A stretch of 64,000 bases of DNA. Source: Macrostomum hystrix. Lineage: Eukaryota > Animalia > Platyhelminthes. The position numbers and the translations under genes were made by a program. Within the stretch, counting starts at the first letter, position 1. The number at the start of each line of letters is the position of its first letter. Positions 26,471 to 38,949 of this stretch are shown piece by piece. The stretch covers positions 868,001 to 932,000 of the forward strand of contig CATNEN010000015.1 in the NCBI GenBank assembly GCA_950097015.1, written 5' to 3'. A model generated the notes under the pieces. That model was not told the DNA's origin. It did no database searches and saw only the letters and a list, made by a program, of their open reading frames with translations.

Positions 26471-28144
26471 TAGGCAGGCTTACAAGCGCCATTTTAAGAC
26501 TAAAAGTAGAATTAAAGTTTTCCCAAAGTCTAGCAGACGTGACCCTACCATTTCAGAATTATTATTTAAATTATAAATTAGTGTTCTCAATATATTTTCT
26601 TGAAAGCCATTAGTCTTCCTTGCTCATAATGATGTTGAGCTCAAAAACGCTGCACTGCTGAGAATGGTCAGCTATTAATGAAAGCATTTTAAGCAGAAAA
26701 AGTCGGTATTTATCCCACAACTGAATCAAATGTTTTAGCTCACATTTCCTAGTACTCTCATGGACTCAAACTCAATTTTCTGGCTCCTAATAATAACTTG
26801 AGCACATTGGCCACATTCCAGCTGTCTGCTTTACCATCGAAATGTCTGTTTATTTAATATACTTTCAAACTAGCACTCGTGACTACTAGTGCTGCTGTCA
26901 GTTTGCAAGTAGTATCTGTTTTAATTGATTTTCTATATCCCATTACAGTTTATGTTTTTCACCTATTTCCAGTGTTCACAGCTGAGTTAGTTTATTGTGT
27001 TGTCATGGCATCGAATTATGTGAACATTACTAATAATAATAGTATAATAGTCATAATAATCCATGTAATTTACTGCACTGTTTGCTTATAGAGTGATGCT
27101 AGACATTTCTGATAGAATAAAATCACTTATTTCTGGCTGTAGTTATGCTGTTGTGTATAAATTGCTTTTACAATAGCAGAAGAAATATAAATATACACGT
27201 TATATCCGTTTCTATTTCATACTTTGTCTCATCTACAGTGTCTTCGTGTTTTTTGTCCTTGTCTGTGGACAGTTTGTTAATTTGCTCGATACATCAAATA
27301 GACATTGTTTGAAAATAAAATATTGAAAAATTAAGTAGAAAATTATGTGCAATTGACACTACTCGATGCACGACAGTTGGAGTTTTATAGCAGTTAATTT
27401 CCGGATTGTTTAAAAGTACAACAAAATATGGACATTGTTTCGTGTTTGGAAAAAATGTCTCTCCTCCACAGATTTAGGTGCTAATTCGCCAACAATGTAT
27501 CTTGGCTGTTTGCAAATATTTTTAAACCTATCTTAAGGCTGTTAAGTTGATTTGTGTTTGTTCCGTATTGGCTAATTATACATTTCCCAGTCAGTGTGCT
27601 ACTTACAGTAGTGTTATCAGTTTTTGTTATTTATTACTTACCGTTTTTTCACACTATTCAGTCTCATTTTTATCTGCAAAGGATTTTCTTGACAATTGAT
27701 CTTCTTAGTTTATATTTTTACTGACGGCCATATCAATAAAATATTATGTTTACAAGCTGGTTGGTGTACGTCTTATTGACTAATCAGCGATTGTAGAATC
27801 CATGGCTTGACCCACTGTTACCCCAACTAAACTGAACAATGCGTGATAATTTCCTGCTTGTCCATTTGTTATTGGTCTCATTGACGTGAGTTCTAATTCA
27901 GTTTTCTAACTTGAATATCCAGTCCTAGTTTAATATGCTCGATACTCACTGTTCTGGTGCTTTCTTCTATTTTATAAGTAAGTGTCGATTTGATTTTTTA
28001 CCTGCTATCAAAATCACTACGACTGCACCGCTCGTGTCTTAAATCTAATTGTATTCGGTTTTTTATTAAATGTATCTTCTTCTGCATTTCATTTCAGCTT
28101 TCCAATTGTGTATAGACGTAGGAGTTTTTATCGGGTAAATATAA

Positions 28145-28725
28145 GTAGTCTAATTAGGTTGACATGGGTAGTCTAATTAGGTAGAAATTGGTAGTCTAAT
28201 TAGGTAGGCATGGGTAGTCTAATTAGGTTGACATGGGTAGTCTAATTAGGTAGGCATGGGTAGTCTAATTAGGTAGGCATGGGTAGTCTAATTAGGTAGG
28301 CATGGGTAGTCTAATTAGGTAGAAATGGGTAGTCTAATTAGGTAGAAATTGGTAGTCTAATTAGGTAGGCATGGGTAGTCTAATTAGGTTGACATGGGTA
28401 GTCTAATTAGGTAGGCATGGGTAGTCTAATTAGGTAGGCATGGGTAGTCTAATTAGGTAGGCATGGGTAGTCTAATTAGGTAGAAATGGGTAGTCTAATT
28501 AGGTAGGCATGGGTAGTCTAATTAGGTAGGCATGGGTAGTCTAATTAGGTAGAAATGGGTAGTCTAATTAGTTAGGCATGGGTAGTCTAATTAGGTTGGC
28601 ATGGGTAGTCTAATTAGGTTGACATGGGTATTCTAATTAGGTAGGCATGGGTAGTCTAATTAGGTAGGCATGGGTAGTCTAATTAGGTAGGCATGAGTGA
28701 GTAGTCTAATTAGGTAGACATAGGC
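28145..28725. repeat. 23-bp minisatellite (gggtagtctaattaggtaggcat)
   Basis: Period 23 (tgggtag at 28211 and 28234). Confidence 0.95.
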
Positions 28726-28960
28726 TATTTAAAAAAAATTGATTACGAAGTCATTTCTAGACATTCGATACATGGGATGATGGGAAGACAGGGATGATGA
28801 TAGGATAATGGGATAAAATGGGATATGGGATATCATTATTGGATTATCGGATAGAAAATGTAGGTTTATAAGGACCGGTTTTTGACTGGTGCATAAGTTG
28901 AGCTGCTTCTCGCAGCTAGTAGACACCATCAGCAGCAGCAGCCGCCTGATTTTCCCATTC

Positions 28961-31900
28961 AAGGAGGTGGATCATCATCAGTGCAATAGCAGCTTGCCAG
29001 CAGGAGACAACGAGCTGACTGCCAGCCTCGATGACCTCTGCGCCGCCACCAAGTTGGAGCGAGACCGCTCGGAGACTGCGGTTCAAGCATCCCTAGCAAC
29101 CGGGTCCGACACGGCCCTAGCAACCGTGTCGACCTGGCTAGATGCGAAATGGCAGGCCCTGGACTCGAATGAGTTCAAGCCAGAGGCCTGGGAGCACAGG
29201 TTCGGCTGCCTTCGTGCCAGCCAGCTGCTCATGCAGCGGCACCAGCAGCTGCCATCCGCTGGCCCAGACTCGATTCCCACTGGCCTGCTTCGTCGACACC
29301 TTCAGCGAGCTGTTCCGCTGCTCAGCGATGCGGAATTTCGCGTTCGCGTTGCCAGCGGCGAGTGCGTCGGTGAAATCTGCCGGCTGCAGGGCGTCTGTAG
29401 CCGAGGCGAGGGCGACGGTGGCAATTTTTTCATCGACCTGCTGCGCCCCCTGATCCTGGCCGGCATTCGGGACAATCTGGAACGAGTGGCCGCTGCCGCA
29501 GCCGCCGCAGACGCCGCCGGCGTCGACTCGCCCGGAGGTTCACCGTCGGTGTCGCGGCCTGACAGCCCGTCGCCGATGGAGCAGCAGCGTGATAAAGAGG
29601 CCATCTTTCACGACACGGCCGGCTGGAAGAATTTGGAGACCTGGATGCGCTGCCTGCTCTGTGTGGTCAACGGGTCAGTGGGTCAGGAGTGGGAGTACGT
29701 CATGTGGATCAGAATCGGTAGGTAGGGATGAGAATCCGTAGGTAGGGATGAGAATCCGTAGGTAGGGATGAGAATCCGTAGGTAGGGATGGGAATCCGTA
29801 GGTAGCGATGAGAATCCGTAGGTAGGGATGGGAATCCGTAGGTAGCGATGAGAATCCGTAGGTAGCGATGAGAATCCGTAGGTAGCGATGAGAATCCGTA
29901 GGTAGGGATGGGAATCCGTAGGTAGGGATGAGAATCCGTAGGTAGGGATGAGAATCCGTAGGTAGGGATGGGAATCCGTAGGTAGCGATGAGAATCCGTA
30001 GGTAGCGATGAGAATCCGTAGGTAGGGATGAGAATCCGTAGGTAGGGATGGGAATCCGTAGGTAGCGATGAGAATCCGTAGGTAGGGATGAGAATCCGTA
30101 GGTAGCGATGAGAATCCGTAGGTAGGGATGAGAATCCGTAGGTAGGGATGAGAATCCGTAGGTAGGGATGGGAATCCGTAGGTAGCGATGAGAATCCGTA
30201 GGTAGGGATGAGAATCCGTAGGTAGGGATGAGAATCCGTAGGTAGGGATGAGAATCCGTAGGTAGGGATGGGAATCCGTAGGTAGCGATGAGAATCCGTA
30301 GGTAGGGATGAGAATCCGTAGGTAGGGATGGGAATCCGTAGGTAGCGATGATAATCCGTAGGGATGAGAACTTAAAGGGGATTTTACTGCTCAACTTGTC
30401 ACCCGGCCCCGTCAGCTACGGCTCCAGATTTGCCAGCCTCCTTGACGACGAGCTGCTGGAGCTGGTGTTCAGCACCCTGCGACACACCAACCGATTCGTC
30501 CGCGAGACCGGCTTCCAGGTGCTGGCCGCCGTGTCCAGCGGAGACGCCGCCCCAGTCGGCTGCCGCGTCCGCATCGCTGAGCAGCTGGCCAGAGGCCTCT
30601 CGGACAACTGGAGCCAGGTGAGAATGGCCGCCAGCCAGGCAGCCAGGAACTTCTTGATGAAGTATGTCCAGGACGAGGCCAGGCCGCCTCCGCCAGAGAT
30701 TCAACACCTGCTGGTGGCTCCGCTGTGCCTGAATCGCTACTACATGGCCGAGGGTGTTCGACTGTTCAACCAGGAGACCTGGCGACTGCTCACCACAGTT
30801 ATTGAAGGCCGCCTGCTGGTTGGCCAGAACATTGACCAGGTGGTGCAGTTCTATGTGCTGCAGTCTGGCGCTGATAATCACGCTGTTAGAGAGGCCGCCT
30901 GCGCCTGCATTGCCGAGCTGGGCTACAAGGTGAGGGGCTGGACTGCTGTTCTGAATAGGGGATCACAGGAACATGTTAGACAGGAACCTGTTAGACAGGA
31001 ACCTGTTAGACAGGAACCTGTTAGACAGGAACCTGTTAGACAGGAACCTGTTAGACGAGAACCTGTTAGACAGGAACCTGCTAGATAGCTACCTATTAAA
31101 ACGTTCTGAAAGATGTTCTGTGTTTATTAGTGAGTTGTCATTAGGTGTACCAGTTGTTCGTTAAACTCTGACTGCGGATCTTATCATAGTCGACCTTCAT
31201 TTGACCCCATGGACTGCAGGTTGAGCCCGCTCTGGTGCAGCCTCACGTGCCCCAGCTCTACGCGGCTCTGCTCGCCTGCTTCGACGACGACAGCTGGCCC
31301 GTCCGCGACGCCGCCTGCATCGCCTGCGGCCGCTTCGCCGGCGCGCATCCCGCAGACACCGCCGCGATGCTGGACCGCCTGCTGCCGCTGTTCCTGGCCA
31401 ACCTGCACGACAGCGTGCCCTCCGTGCGCCAGGGAGCCGCTGCTTCCATGCGCAGCCTGGTTGACAGCCTGTTGCCTAGCAACCCCGGCCTAGCCGACAC
31501 CGTCCTGTCCGAACTGTCTGCCGGCCTCTCCAAGACGGCCAGCCAGCCCGAGTCCAGCTCGCGCGCCTCGGGTCTGTCCGCTGAGCCCGCACTGTTCGGC
31601 GTGGCGGCTGCCAAACGCATTCGCGACAATGACGAGGAGCTGCACACCAATAAGACCATGTACTCTTGCGGCTCCCTGGCACCCAAGATGTCCAGAGGCG
31701 GCGGTGGCTGCTCCAATCACAGCTTCCGCAGGCCGGCCGAGCCCTGGGAGATCGCCGACGGCAGCGTCCACCTCCTCGCTGAGCTCAGCGACCTGCCGCA
31801 GCTCAAGCCGCGACTGGCCGAGCTCCTGCTCGCGCTGGCCACCGCTACCACCCACAGGTTGGCTGCTGCACCCTCCTGTGTGCTCACCTGACTCACCTGT

Positions 31901-32575
31901 GTGCTCACCTGACTCATCTGTGTGCTCACCTGGCTCATTCACCCGCCTACCTCACCTGTGTGCTCAACTGACTCATCTGTGTGCTCACCTGGCTCACCCG
32001 TGTGCTCACCTGGCTCATTCACCCTCCTACCTCACCTTTGTGCTCACCTGACTCACCTGTGTGCTCACCTGACTCACCTGTGTGCTCAACTGACTCATCT
32101 GTCTTCTTAACTGCCTCACCCGTGTTCTTACCTGGCTCATTCACCCAACTGACTCACCTGTGCACTCACCTATCTCACCTTTGGTCTCACCTGTCTCACC
32201 TGTGTACTCCACCAGATTCACTCACCCACCAGCCTCACCTGTCAACCCTACTAATTAGTCTACCTACCCGTCTACTCTCCCTATCTCAGGCAGTACGCCC
32301 AGCACTTCGCCTTGCTTGAATCGGTGCTCCGCCGGCTGCCGCACATTGCTGCCAGCCTTGGCAAGCCGGTGTTCAAGCGCCACCTCGAGGCCTTCCTGGA
32401 GCCGCTGGCCTACGCCCTGGAGTATCGTCAGGACAGTCAGCTGGCTGCGGTCGCGGCCGAGGACTGCCTGGCCGGGCTGGCTCGCCTCCTGGGCTCCGGC
32501 ATCCTGCGCGGACGCATTGAGCAGACCCGGGACAGCCTGCTCATCGATACCATTGGACCCCTGCTGCCAGGGTAG
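28961..32575 (+). CDS. Uncharacterised HEAT/ARM-repeat protein, start unresolved; exons ~28961-29673, 30416-30929, 31220-31857, 32290-32575
   Basis: Phase-consistent GT-AG introns (2,0,2). HEAT-like motifs: LLSDAEFRVRVASGECVG, HTNRFVRETGF, GLSDNWSQVRMAAS, ADNHAVREAACACIAEL, CFDDDSWPVRDAAC, NLHDSVPSVRQGAA. Stop TAG at 32573-32575. No in-frame ATG before LLMQR. Confidence 0.8.
29715..30368. repeat. 20-bp minisatellite (gagaatccgtaggtagggat)
   Basis: Exact period 20; fills intron 29674-30415. Confidence 0.96.
30966..31085. repeat. 15-bp minisatellite (acaggaacctgttag)
   Basis: About 8 copies in intron 30930-31219 (the QEPVR read-through in the ORF track). Confidence 0.92.
31875..32260. repeat. 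Irregular ~21-bp minisatellite (ctcacctgtgtgctcacctga)
   Basis: Tandem degenerate copies filling intron 31858-32289. Confidence 0.88.
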
Positions 32576-33338
32576 GGGCTGCCTGATGAAGTAGCCGATA
32601 TGTGGCGAAAAACGTGAATTTCGGATATCAACTGTCACAAGTAATGACAACTTGTGGGATCATAAAATTTGCATTCAGCCCATACTAATTGAAAAAAAGC
32701 AATTTTAGCAAAAATGCGAAGAATGATTGATAATTCATGTCTACTCGCATCTTTATAAAATGCTACTCGCTGTATTTCTCAGCTTACGGAAGGCTGTCCC
32801 AAAAATGTACTTTTCGGACACCCTCCTGTATCTGGACTAATTGTTCACGGAGCAGGTTCAACAGTAACATCCCAGTGTCATTTCTGTTCTAGGCTGGCTT
32901 TTCACAGCAGCACTTCCCCTGCCCAATGACTTATCCAGTTGTTCGATAAATGTTGTTCAATTTTTGTTAACATTTCTACTTGTAGTAAGTACTTTAGTCA
33001 ACTGCCGCGTTTTCTGATCTAAAGTGAAAATATTTTGCAACTTGTTTTTTTTAATTAGTTGGCGCATTAAGTCGAGCGTTGTCAATGAAAATAAAACGCA
33101 AGAAATGTTAATGAAGCATTGTGTAGAATTTTTTGTATTGAATAAAACGATTTACAAGTTGGTTAAGCAATGCCGTTGTCTGTTTTAATTTGCTTTATTG
33201 TTTTAATTGACTGACTAAATTCCTTTGTTAGTCTTGATTTGTGTTGCTAGGGAAGCAGTTGCTATTATCTGTCATCGTTTGTCACTCACCTGCCCTTCAA
33301 ATGCCTGGCAGAAAAATTTCCGTCCCACCTGATATGCT

Positions 33339-33340
<2 letters not shown>

Positions 33341-33398
<58 letters not shown>
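33341..33398. repeat. (GT)n microsatellite
   Basis: Uninterrupted gt run of ~58 nt. Confidence 0.97.
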
Positions 33399-33402
<4 letters not shown>

Positions 33403-33738
33403 GTGCATTCATTCAGCCATTTCATACCCAGTCAGTGCTATAGAACGAATGCAGCCAATGCGAGACCCGTAAGCCTTTAGTCCAGTGCACTTCAATACTT
33501 TTTTCTCTTCTCAAATAGCAGTGTACAGACTGACTGCGAGAGCTTGAGCTTAGGTAACCATGGCAACGCGAACTCTCTGCCTGTGCTCAACTCTGCCAGC
33601 CGTTCTCACACAATTTCCCGTGCTAAGCTTAGAAGAAGACTAGCTTATCAATGCTGTCAAGTTATCAGTTGAGATTTCAGTGACATAATTTATTAGTGAA
33701 AGTTTTGTTGCTTGAGTTCACTTGAGTTCTGATGTTGA

Positions 33739-36700
33739 ATGCCTCGCGATTTCCTCAGCCACGACTGCGACTTCTGCGCCTGCGGTCGGCAGGCCTGCGG
33801 TCGGGGCGGCCAGCCTCCAAAACGTCAGAATGGCGGCGTTGCGCAGCAGCTTCTGCGCCAGAACCGGTTCAGAGGCTCGCTGCAGTTTCGCTACCTGCCA
33901 CCGGTGGTTTGGACTCGGCCTGAGGATGACTGCAGACCCGGCTGGGAACTGGACAGGGCTGTGCGGCTCGGCGGATACTGGTGTCGCTTTGGGAGCCACT
34001 TTGAGTAAGTTCTGCTCAAGTGCTCTGCGGGTCTTCATTTTTTAATTTTGAAACTAGAAGATCCCCATTTCGAAATCGCAATTCTTAAAATACTTAGGTA
34101 AAAAATAATTAGGTAAATTTTTGTTTATAGAATCCCAATTCATAGGGGTTGAGTGGCAGACTGTCTGAATCCCAATTTATTGATTCCCAATTCACCAAAT
34201 CCCAATTTATTGATTCCCAATTCACCGAATCCCAATTTATTGATTCCCAATTCACCGAATCCCAATTTATTGATTCCCAATTCACTGAATCCCAGTTTAT
34301 AGATTCCCAATTCACCGAATCCCAATTGAAAGAATCGCCATTCACGAAATCCCAAGTGGGTCATCACAGCATAAAATATTTGTTTTGGTGATATAAACTT
34401 GTGCGACTGGCGTTAGTTTCCTATTAGTAGTAGGGAGATTACACCTGCCCTAATCGGGTCAGATGTGCAGCCAGCAGCACAGCCACAGCCCACAGCTATT
34501 GCGCGGCGCATCTGAAGACTGCATACAGCTGTTCAGTCCATGGACTGGGGGGAACGCCACACCCACCTTCAATTATCCCAGCTGATGCTGGTACCCATTT
34601 AACAGCTGGGTGAACTGAAGCAATGGAGAGTTAAGTTTCTTGCTAAAGGACACAAATTGTTTCAGTGGTGTCGGGAAACGAACCCCCGACCTTCAAGTCA
34701 TGAGTGCGACGCCCTAACCACTAGGCTACAACCTCTCTAATACTATTAGTAGTAGTATAGTATACAAAATGTGAAAAAATTATCGTAGAGGCCAAAATCG
34801 TTGAATCCTAAAAAATCGTCAGCGTGGACACCTCAGTTGACTACTCGCTGAACAAGCAGAACCGCTGGGAACTGCTCGACAGCTTCTTCATAGACCATGT
34901 GCGATGTCAGCAGCTAACTGGTCTGCAGGTGTTTCTGCTGGAGGAGAATTTCCCGCTGCATGGCAACCGGTCGCTGGCTCCGCCCCGGGTCGGCTGCCAG
35001 GCCAACCTGGCTTGGCTGCTCTCCGCCCAGTCACTGCTGAACAGCTACAGGAAGGCGTTGAGGCGTCTGCGGTGGTCACAGCAACCCTCTAGCGGCTCCA
35101 GAGCCCGTGAGACTGCAGAGCGTTCAAGGTGGTCGTGCCGACGACCCGTCACTCGATTCGAGAGCTGGCGACAGCGACGTGTCGAGGAGCTGCGGAGACA
35201 GACTCAGGAACGACTGCGAAAGGAATTGCAGGATGATGATGAGTTTGGTGAGGCTGGGTTTCAGTGTATCATTCCCAGTTACTTAACGAGTTTATAGAAA
35301 TACTTCAGTGATTAATAAATATGCTTCAGGATTCATTGAAATACTTCAGGATTCATTGAAATACTTCAGGATTCATTGAAATACTTCAGGATTCATTGAA
35401 ATACTTCAGGATTGATTGAAACACTACAGGATTCATTGAAATACTTCAGGGTTCATTGAAATACCTCAGGATTCATTGAGATACTTCAGGATTCATTGAA
35501 ATACTTCAGGATTCATTGAAATACTTCAGGATTCATTGAAATACTTCAGGATTCATTGAAATACTTCAGAATTCATTGAAATACTTCAGTAATTCATATG
35601 AATACTTATGGGGAAACATAGAAATATTTCAGGGATCCATAGAAATACTTCAGTGATTCAAAAGAACTACTTCAGGGGTTCCTAGAAATCGTTTAGGTAT
35701 TTCTGTAAATACTTCAGGAACTCAAAGAAATGATTCATTGATTTATAGAAATGCTTCAAGGACCCACAGAAAAGCTTCAGGGCTTAATATAACTACTCCA
35801 GAAGTCTCTCCAATCGCCTCAATATTCTCAGAAGCCAGCCAGCAAGTGGCACTGCCAGTCAGATTCAACCCCAATACCAGCCGGCTGTTGAATCTGCGCG
35901 ATCTGCTTGTCGCTTCGCCGAACGAGCTGCAGTCGGAGGATCCAGCTGCCGCTCCGCTGTCTAAACTCAACTCGCTGCCTATGCTTGTGCTCAGATGTGT
36001 GACCCGCTCCCATGTGCTCATCTTGGACGAGAAGCGGCACCCGGCTCTGACCCGCACCTTGGCCAGGTATGCAGGACAGGTTAGAGGTATTTAGAGGTAG
36101 ATGGGACATAGACTGCGATGCAAAGTTAGTCTATAGAGGTAGACACTAGCAATTTAAGCCATGTGATTACAGCTTCGGACTTATGATTGGAAGGTCGGGA
36201 GTTCGAATCTCAGCCCAGGAAAAAGTGTTTTTTGAGGAAGACACTCGACTCACTTGTCCTTCAGTTCCCACCCAGCTGTAAAATGGGTGTCAGCATCAGC
36301 TGGAGTAGAAATTGGGGCGGCTGTCCCGGCCTGCCCTCAAGTCCGTGGACTGAATAGCTGTACTCTCTGGGAATCCCAATTCAGGGAATCCCAATTCAGG
36401 GAATCCCAATTCAGGGAATCCCAATTTATGAAATCCCAATACAGAAACTATCATTCATGAAATCCCCACTTAAATAATCCCCATTTATGAAATCCTAATT
36501 CAGGGACTACCAATTCAGTGAATACCATTAATGTGATCCCCACTTAAAAAATCCTAATTTATGGAATCCCATTTTCAGGAGTCCCAATTTTGGAAATATA
36601 TTTTTAAATCCCCACTTAAGGAATCCCAATTTATGAAATCCCAATTCGTGAATTAATACACAAATCTACAAACGGCAACGAAAACAAGTCACACTTGGAG

Positions 36701-38933
36701 AATCCCTAATCCCAACCAACTCTGCTTCTTAGAATAAACTCTTCATTCGAGACTAATATCGCCGCCTTCGGCCCCAAGCGGCGGCGAAGTGCGAAGCGCC
36801 AAACTCGCCGTGGGCGTCGACGCGAGGCCAGACGAGACGCAGCCGATGGCCTCGATGACTGGCTGGAGGAGCATCCGGCTGGTGATGGACAGGATTGCGA
36901 TCGCGGTCATTGGTGGGTGTTCTGGGCTGTGGCTGAATTCTGGGAGGATTATCCCACTTGAATATTTTCACGACTATTCTCTGATTCCTTCACTGATGAC
37001 CAATCCCTGAATCCCTGATGACCAATCCCTGAATCACTGATGACCAATCCCTGAATCCCTGATGTCCAATCCCTGAATCTCTGATGACCAATCCCTGAAT
37101 CTCTGATGACCAATCCCTGAATCTCTGATGACCAATCCCTGAATTCCTGATGACCAATCCCTGAATCTCTGATGACCAATCCCTGAATCTCTGATGACCA
37201 ATCCCTGAATCACTGATGACCAATCCCTGAATCTCTGATGTCCAATCCCTGAATCTCTGATGACCAATCCCTGAATCTCTGATGTCCAATCCCTGAATCT
37301 CTGATGACCAATCCCTGATGACCAATCCCTGAATCTCTGATGACCAATCCCTGATGACCAATCCCTGAATCTCTGATGACCAATCCCTGAATCTCTGATG
37401 ACCAATCCCTGAATCTCTGATGACCAATCCCTGAATCCCTGATGACCAATCCCTGAATCCCTGATGATCAATCCCTGAATCTCTGATGACCAATCCCTGA
37501 ATCTCTGATGACCAATCCCTGATGACCAATCCCTGAATCTCTGATGATCAATCCCTGAATCTTAAGTCATTTTCCCATCCCCATCAGGCCACTTCGCAAG
37601 CGGCCAAGTTCGACCCTCGCCGAAGCGGCCGACTGGCGCAGCCTGCTGGCCGAGTTCGCCACCGACGATGCCGGCTTCGCTGAGTTCTCACCCAGCGAAG
37701 GCGAGCTGCTGACTGAGCGGTCTGACAGTGTCGATCATAGTCCATCGACCGTCAGCGACCTCGAGCAAGACGACGATCGACAAGAAGACAGTTTCCGACC
37801 TGTGCTGACTGTTCAACGCGAGCTGCTTCAGCGCGTTCTGGAGGCCGGAGGAGGCGGCCGACCCAGCGACAGCTGCCCCATGAAGGTGTGGCTGCAGCCA
37901 GGACTGCAATGGCCCGGACCCACTCTGCTGCTGGAGGAGCTGCCCTTCGAATCCTTCGTCAAGTTGTCCTCCTCCAAGGCGGCCAGGTTCAGCTGCACGA
38001 TGGTGCGGCTGCACCTCCTGGGCTGCAGGCGATCGCGTGACCGGCGCGATGTGCTGAGCCGTCTGCTGGCTAGTCAGGACCCTTTCGGGTGAGTCTCGGC
38101 TACTGTCAGCTGATCCCCATTCTCCTGTCAGCTGATCCCCATTCTCCTGTCAGCTGATCCCCATTCTCCTGTCAGCAGATCCCCATTCTACTGTCAGATG
38201 ATCCCCATTCTCCTGTCAGCTAATCGCTATTCTACTGTCAGCTGATCGCCATTCTACTGTCAGATGATCCCCATTCTCCTGTCAGCAGATCCCCATTCTC
38301 CTGTCAGCTGATCGCCATTCTACTGTCAGCTCTCATTCTACTCTGATTCCAAACTATTTTCCCAGCGCCCTGCCGCGGCTCCTGTCTCAGCTGGCTTCTA
38401 ACGAGGGCTCGGATTCAGCCTATCGCGACTCAAACTCAGCTTCCGACGAATATGTCAATGTCAGCTCAACGTCCGGTGTTCGAATCTCTACCCTGACCTG
38501 CCCGCCGCTGTACAGCTGGTTCTACGGTCCGCAGCCCACGGCTGCCCCCACCGGCAGCCTGGCCCGCGACGTGGACGGCAGGCTGCGGCTGCCGCCTCTG
38601 CTTGCACAAACTGCCCAGCAGCGCCGGCTTCAACAGCTTCGACTGTCCAGAGCGGCAGCCGCCTGCGGCACTTGCGGCGTCAGGTCGCCGCATCCGCGCC
38701 TGTGCGACCCGTCCGACTGGCTGACGGCGCTCACCGCCTGCGGGCACTGGCACTGCGCGACCTGCTGGACCAGTCACGTGACCAACTGCGTGGCCGGGGC
38801 CAGCGCCGGGGCCGTCGGCTGCCCGACTCCGGGCTGCGGCCACACCGCTGATCCCGCGACCGTGCTGTGGTTCTCACCGTCCGATATCTACTACCGCTGC
38901 CTGCGCTATGCCGCCTGGCAACCGTTGCTATGA
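33739..38933 (+). CDS. Uncharacterised protein with C-terminal RBR-type RING1 finger, ~724 aa; exons 33739-34004, 34823-35247, 35832-36066, 36733-36912, 37588-38088, 38366-38933
   Basis: Phase-consistent introns (2,1,2,2,2), total 2175 nt. Last exon carries CGTC...CGHWHCATCW...CPTPGC (C3HC4 with the CPxxxC typical of RBR RING1). Some splice sites have nearby alternatives. Confidence 0.65.
34165..34330. repeat. 30-bp minisatellite (gaatcccaatttattgattcccaattcacc)
   Basis: About 5 copies in intron 34005-34822. Confidence 0.9.
34440..34735 (-). mobile_element. tRNA-derived CORE-like SINE, family B
   Basis: Minus strand: A-box gtagcctagtggttag, B-box ggttcgtttccc, CORE-like ttcagttcacccagctgttaaatgggtacc, then the palindrome cagtccatggactg. 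Homologous to copies at 36155, 44080, 46690 and 59965. Confidence 0.8.
35320..35590. repeat. 20-bp minisatellite (aaatacttcaggattcattg)
   Basis: Exact period 20 in intron 35248-35831. Confidence 0.94.
36155..36365 (+). mobile_element. CORE-like SINE, family B copy
   Basis: B-box gggagttcgaatctc, cacccagctgtaaaatgggt, gtccgtggactgaatagctg; the tail runs directly into a minisatellite. Confidence 0.78.
36368..36660. repeat. 15-bp minisatellite (gggaatcccaattca), degenerating 3'
   Basis: About 4 clean copies then diverged copies, intron 36067-36732. Confidence 0.82.
36990..37560. repeat. 22-bp minisatellite (tgaccaatccctgaatctctga)
   Basis: Period 22 with occasional short units; intron 36913-37587. 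Confidence 0.95.
38100..38340. repeat. 22-bp minisatellite (ctgtcagctgatccccattctc); duplicated at 40606-40846
   Basis: Period 22 starting ~12 nt after the donor at 38089. Confidence 0.92.
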
Positions 38934-38949
38934 CAGCTTTCTTTGCTGC

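Noticed and set aside
23781-26492. 903-aa and 893-aa repetitive ORFs
   Set aside because: They are open frames of a 30-bp minisatellite on both strands, with no unique coding flanks or splice context.
34675-34735. tRNA genes here and at ~36170, ~44240, ~46830 and ~62100
   Set aside because: A/B boxes are present but there is no intact cloverleaf, and each continues into a shared SINE body.
36990-37560. CTGATGA (hammerhead core 5' half) in every unit
   Set aside because: No GAAA partner or stems I-III can be formed; the unit has GAAT instead.
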